Source of the DNA: Antedon mediterranea
Lineage: Eukaryota; Animalia; Echinodermata
Direction: 5' to 3'
Assembly: GCF_964355755.1 (NCBI RefSeq)
Contig: NC_092678.1
Span: 18,245,365-18,309,364 of the forward strand
Length of the DNA stretch: 64,000 bases
Shown: piece by piece, positions 61,306 through 64,000 of the stretch
Layout of the letters: each line of letters begins with the position of its first letter
Position numbering within the stretch: the first letter of the stretch is position 1
Translations under genes and position numbers: made by a program
The notes under the pieces: model-generated
The model's database searches: none
Told to the model about the DNA's origin: nothing
What the model saw: the letters and a program-made list of their open reading frames with translations, nothing else

Positions 61306-63761
61306 TCAAGACTCTAGTTGATTCCAGTCGACGGAATCATGATCTCAATTTGACCTCAAGCTGAATAGAAATCTACGCAAATCATTCTACTTCTTGTGTA
61401 AAGATTTTTAAATCTTTAATTTAAAAATCAATTTAAAAATTGTTATCCGGCTGACAAGCTTTGAGGATGTTCTCTGGTGCCAGTATGCTCTGGTGCTTAC
61501 AAATTCCGTAAACACAGCCTCAATTTTGGCTACTTTTCTTTAAAAGTACAGTTACCTCAAAGACATAACCTTGACAAGAGTGATGTTCATACAACTGTGT
61601 TTATACAGACTGTTTATTGGTTTATGTTGAATAATACTAATACATACACTGTTAGCTTCCTGTCTATAAACAAAAAGTTCATTTAACACTTGCCAATCAA
61701 GATTTCAAATAAAATAATAATAATTGATTGGCACTGCACTTTTTTTTCATCAGTGAAGGTGCTTCCAAAGAAACAAAAAAAGGAGAAAAATACATTCTTA
61801 ATAAGAAAACAAAAAACTACTTTAACTAACTTCACAACAAGTTTGTTTGTTTTTGTGTGTTTCATTTATTTATTTATTTTCCACACATTCAACAAAAAGA
61901 ATATAATATATACTAAATAAAATAATAATAAAATAAATAAATGAAAAAGTTACAAAATGAAATACACAAGCATTTTTATTATGTAATTACAGATATTTGA
62001 TAATCATTGAAAAATATAGTTTCTTTCTCAAATGTATTTTCATCCGATAGGCAATATCTCTAAATCGCAGGGTGAGCCTAGCATTATGGTAGTAGGAAAA
62101 TTGCTAAAATTTTATTTTGCAAGTACGCTATGAGCTTTGTTTTGGGACGTAGATGAAGAAGACAGTATCAGTGTGAGACACTGATGGGAGTGTATTGCGT
62201 CCATAAGGTAAAGCTGTTATGGTCTTTTAAATTACCATCTTAACTACTGTTCCGAAAAGAGGCCTCTTGCAGTCTCTAGAATATTGTAATGATTCAAGAT
62301 TCAAGACATTTTATTGGTCCACTTAAAAAGTTTTTTGGGTGGATGTAGGGAGTAGCTACTATTTCCCATCAAGAGCTATAGAGCCCTAGATACCAAAGTC
62401 ACAGAGCACTAGTTGATTGTGACGTCAGAGTAGGTTTGTGGCTAGCCAGGTCTGATGAGAACAAAAGCCAAAACATATCCCATGAGAAATACAATTAGAT
62501 GAATCATTTAGCCTATATAACTATATATTCTTCTATGAAATACTTTTTCTTGTATTCGGTGGTTCATAACTTCAAGGGTTTTTCTGAGTGACCTTAATGT
62601 GAGTGAATCAATCGGCCAATCAGTCAACGGTTTAATTTCTCCATTACTCAAAACATAATTCCCTCAGTTGTTGGCCATTAGTCAGTTGCAGTAAAGAGTA
62701 CTCTTTAAGAATCAGAAGAATTATGAATAAGAATTCAAATGTTACAGTAATTCAGATGAATTATGATGAACTACTTTTTGATATAAATTTGTGAAAATGT
62801 GTTAATATTATATGTTATATCCTGGATCTTCCTCTGAAAGAGATAATGAAATGCCCCTTGGAAGAGTTGATAGGCCTACAGGATGTAGCGAAAAGAGGAG
62901 CCTAACAGAAGACATCAGTTTCTCACATTATTTGCATAAAAACCGAAAATTTTGTTTTTCAAACAACAGTGAGTAACTCGCCAATTGCAGAAAAGATAAA
63001 CTATTTTATAATTTAACATATTTATAAATAATGTCTTAGGGTTAGGAAGAAGGGTTGTGAGTTACAACCCTGGAACTAGATCAGAGTGAACTTTATACCC
63101 TAGTATTGGAAGACAACCATGCTAACCACCAAGTCCTGCTCAACTACATTTTAGATATATATTTACCAAAACATTTAGTTTTTATCCATCCAAATGTAAA
63201 AATCAAATTATGTTTTGTATATCTTTGCTACAGTGACTTAATTATATAAAAAGTTGAAATACCCGGTCATCTTTCCTGCTTGAAACAATACAAACGAGTT
63301 CAAAGGGTAAACTGTCCAGAAAAATTACAGTTGTTTTTAATTTGGTTTTGTCCTTTCATTTCCTAAACTTGGCAAACGTTTTAATAATATAGCATGTCAA
63401 TGATATCATTGAAATGTCCAAGGTAGTACTAAAATAAAATAATTTATTTATGAACAAAAGTACTTGAATCAGTGAATTATAAATAAATAAATGCCTAAAG
63501 CTGAAATTATTAGACACTATAGGTTGTTTTTTTATATATCTCTTCAATTTTGGACAATATTCTATTATAAATGACAGAATCTAGAATCAATTATGACCTC
63601 ATGGTTGTCAATTTTTTTTTGTTATTTGCGAGCATTTCCGGTGGATCTTTAAACGTAATACAGAGCTTTATTTAACAGAATATTAATAATCTTAAATAAT
63701 ATTTCTTAGGTTAGGTCTGAGTTGCCTGAGCTGCATTATTGATTAACATTTACTATACTTA

Positions 63762-63920
63762 AGCCGATTTTCCACTAGGCGAATTTGTTCGCGCGAATCG
63801 AAGGCGTCAGCTAATACGCATGCGTAGAGAAGGATTTCGAAAATATAAACATGAATACGCATGCGTACAAGCTGGCGCTTTCGATTCGCGCAAACAAATT
63901 CGCCTAGTGGAAATTCGGCT
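63762..63920. mobile_element. Palindromic PIF/Harbinger MITE
   Basis: tta|agccgattttccactaggcgaatttgttcgcgcgaatcgaa mirrored at the right end, followed by |tta. Confidence 0.85.
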
Positions 63921-64000
63921 TTAGTATTGTGTTTGCAACCTGTATTGAAATAAGAAATCAGTAATAATTTTTATGCCATTTTTCAAAGTTTTAAATTTTA

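Noticed and set aside
62445-62480. Hammerhead-like ctgatgag
   Set aside because: No stem II and no properly placed GAAA

Overview
AT-rich, repeat-dense animal genomic DNA, probably from a marine invertebrate. An echinoderm-like deuterostome is plausible from the DeuSINE-type repeats, but this is inference. The only host gene I can support is the 3' part of NOL8 (nucleolar protein 8): 10 GT-AG exons on the + strand from 860 to the stop at 33473, with continuous reading phase. Its introns contain an intact, young CsRn1/Kabuki-clade Gypsy LTR retrotransposon (10787-15801), a 5'-truncated CR1/L2-group LINE, a candidate H/ACA snoRNA (5786-5948), SINEs and many MITEs. Downstream of 33.5 kb is intergenic DNA made of non-autonomous DNA transposons (MULE-, Kolobok-, Tc1/mariner-, Harbinger-, hAT-, P- and Helentron-type), satellites and SINEs. 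I found no novel protein-coding system. The best leads are non-coding: several tiny CA..TG palindromes between 7-bp duplications that look like P-element excision scars; a composite 5S+tRNA+Deu-domain SINE; recurrent TA->TAGGCCTA insertions; the intronic H/ACA candidate; and a Gypsy element whose two LTRs both end in AA rather than CA. All calls were made by eye, without database searches.
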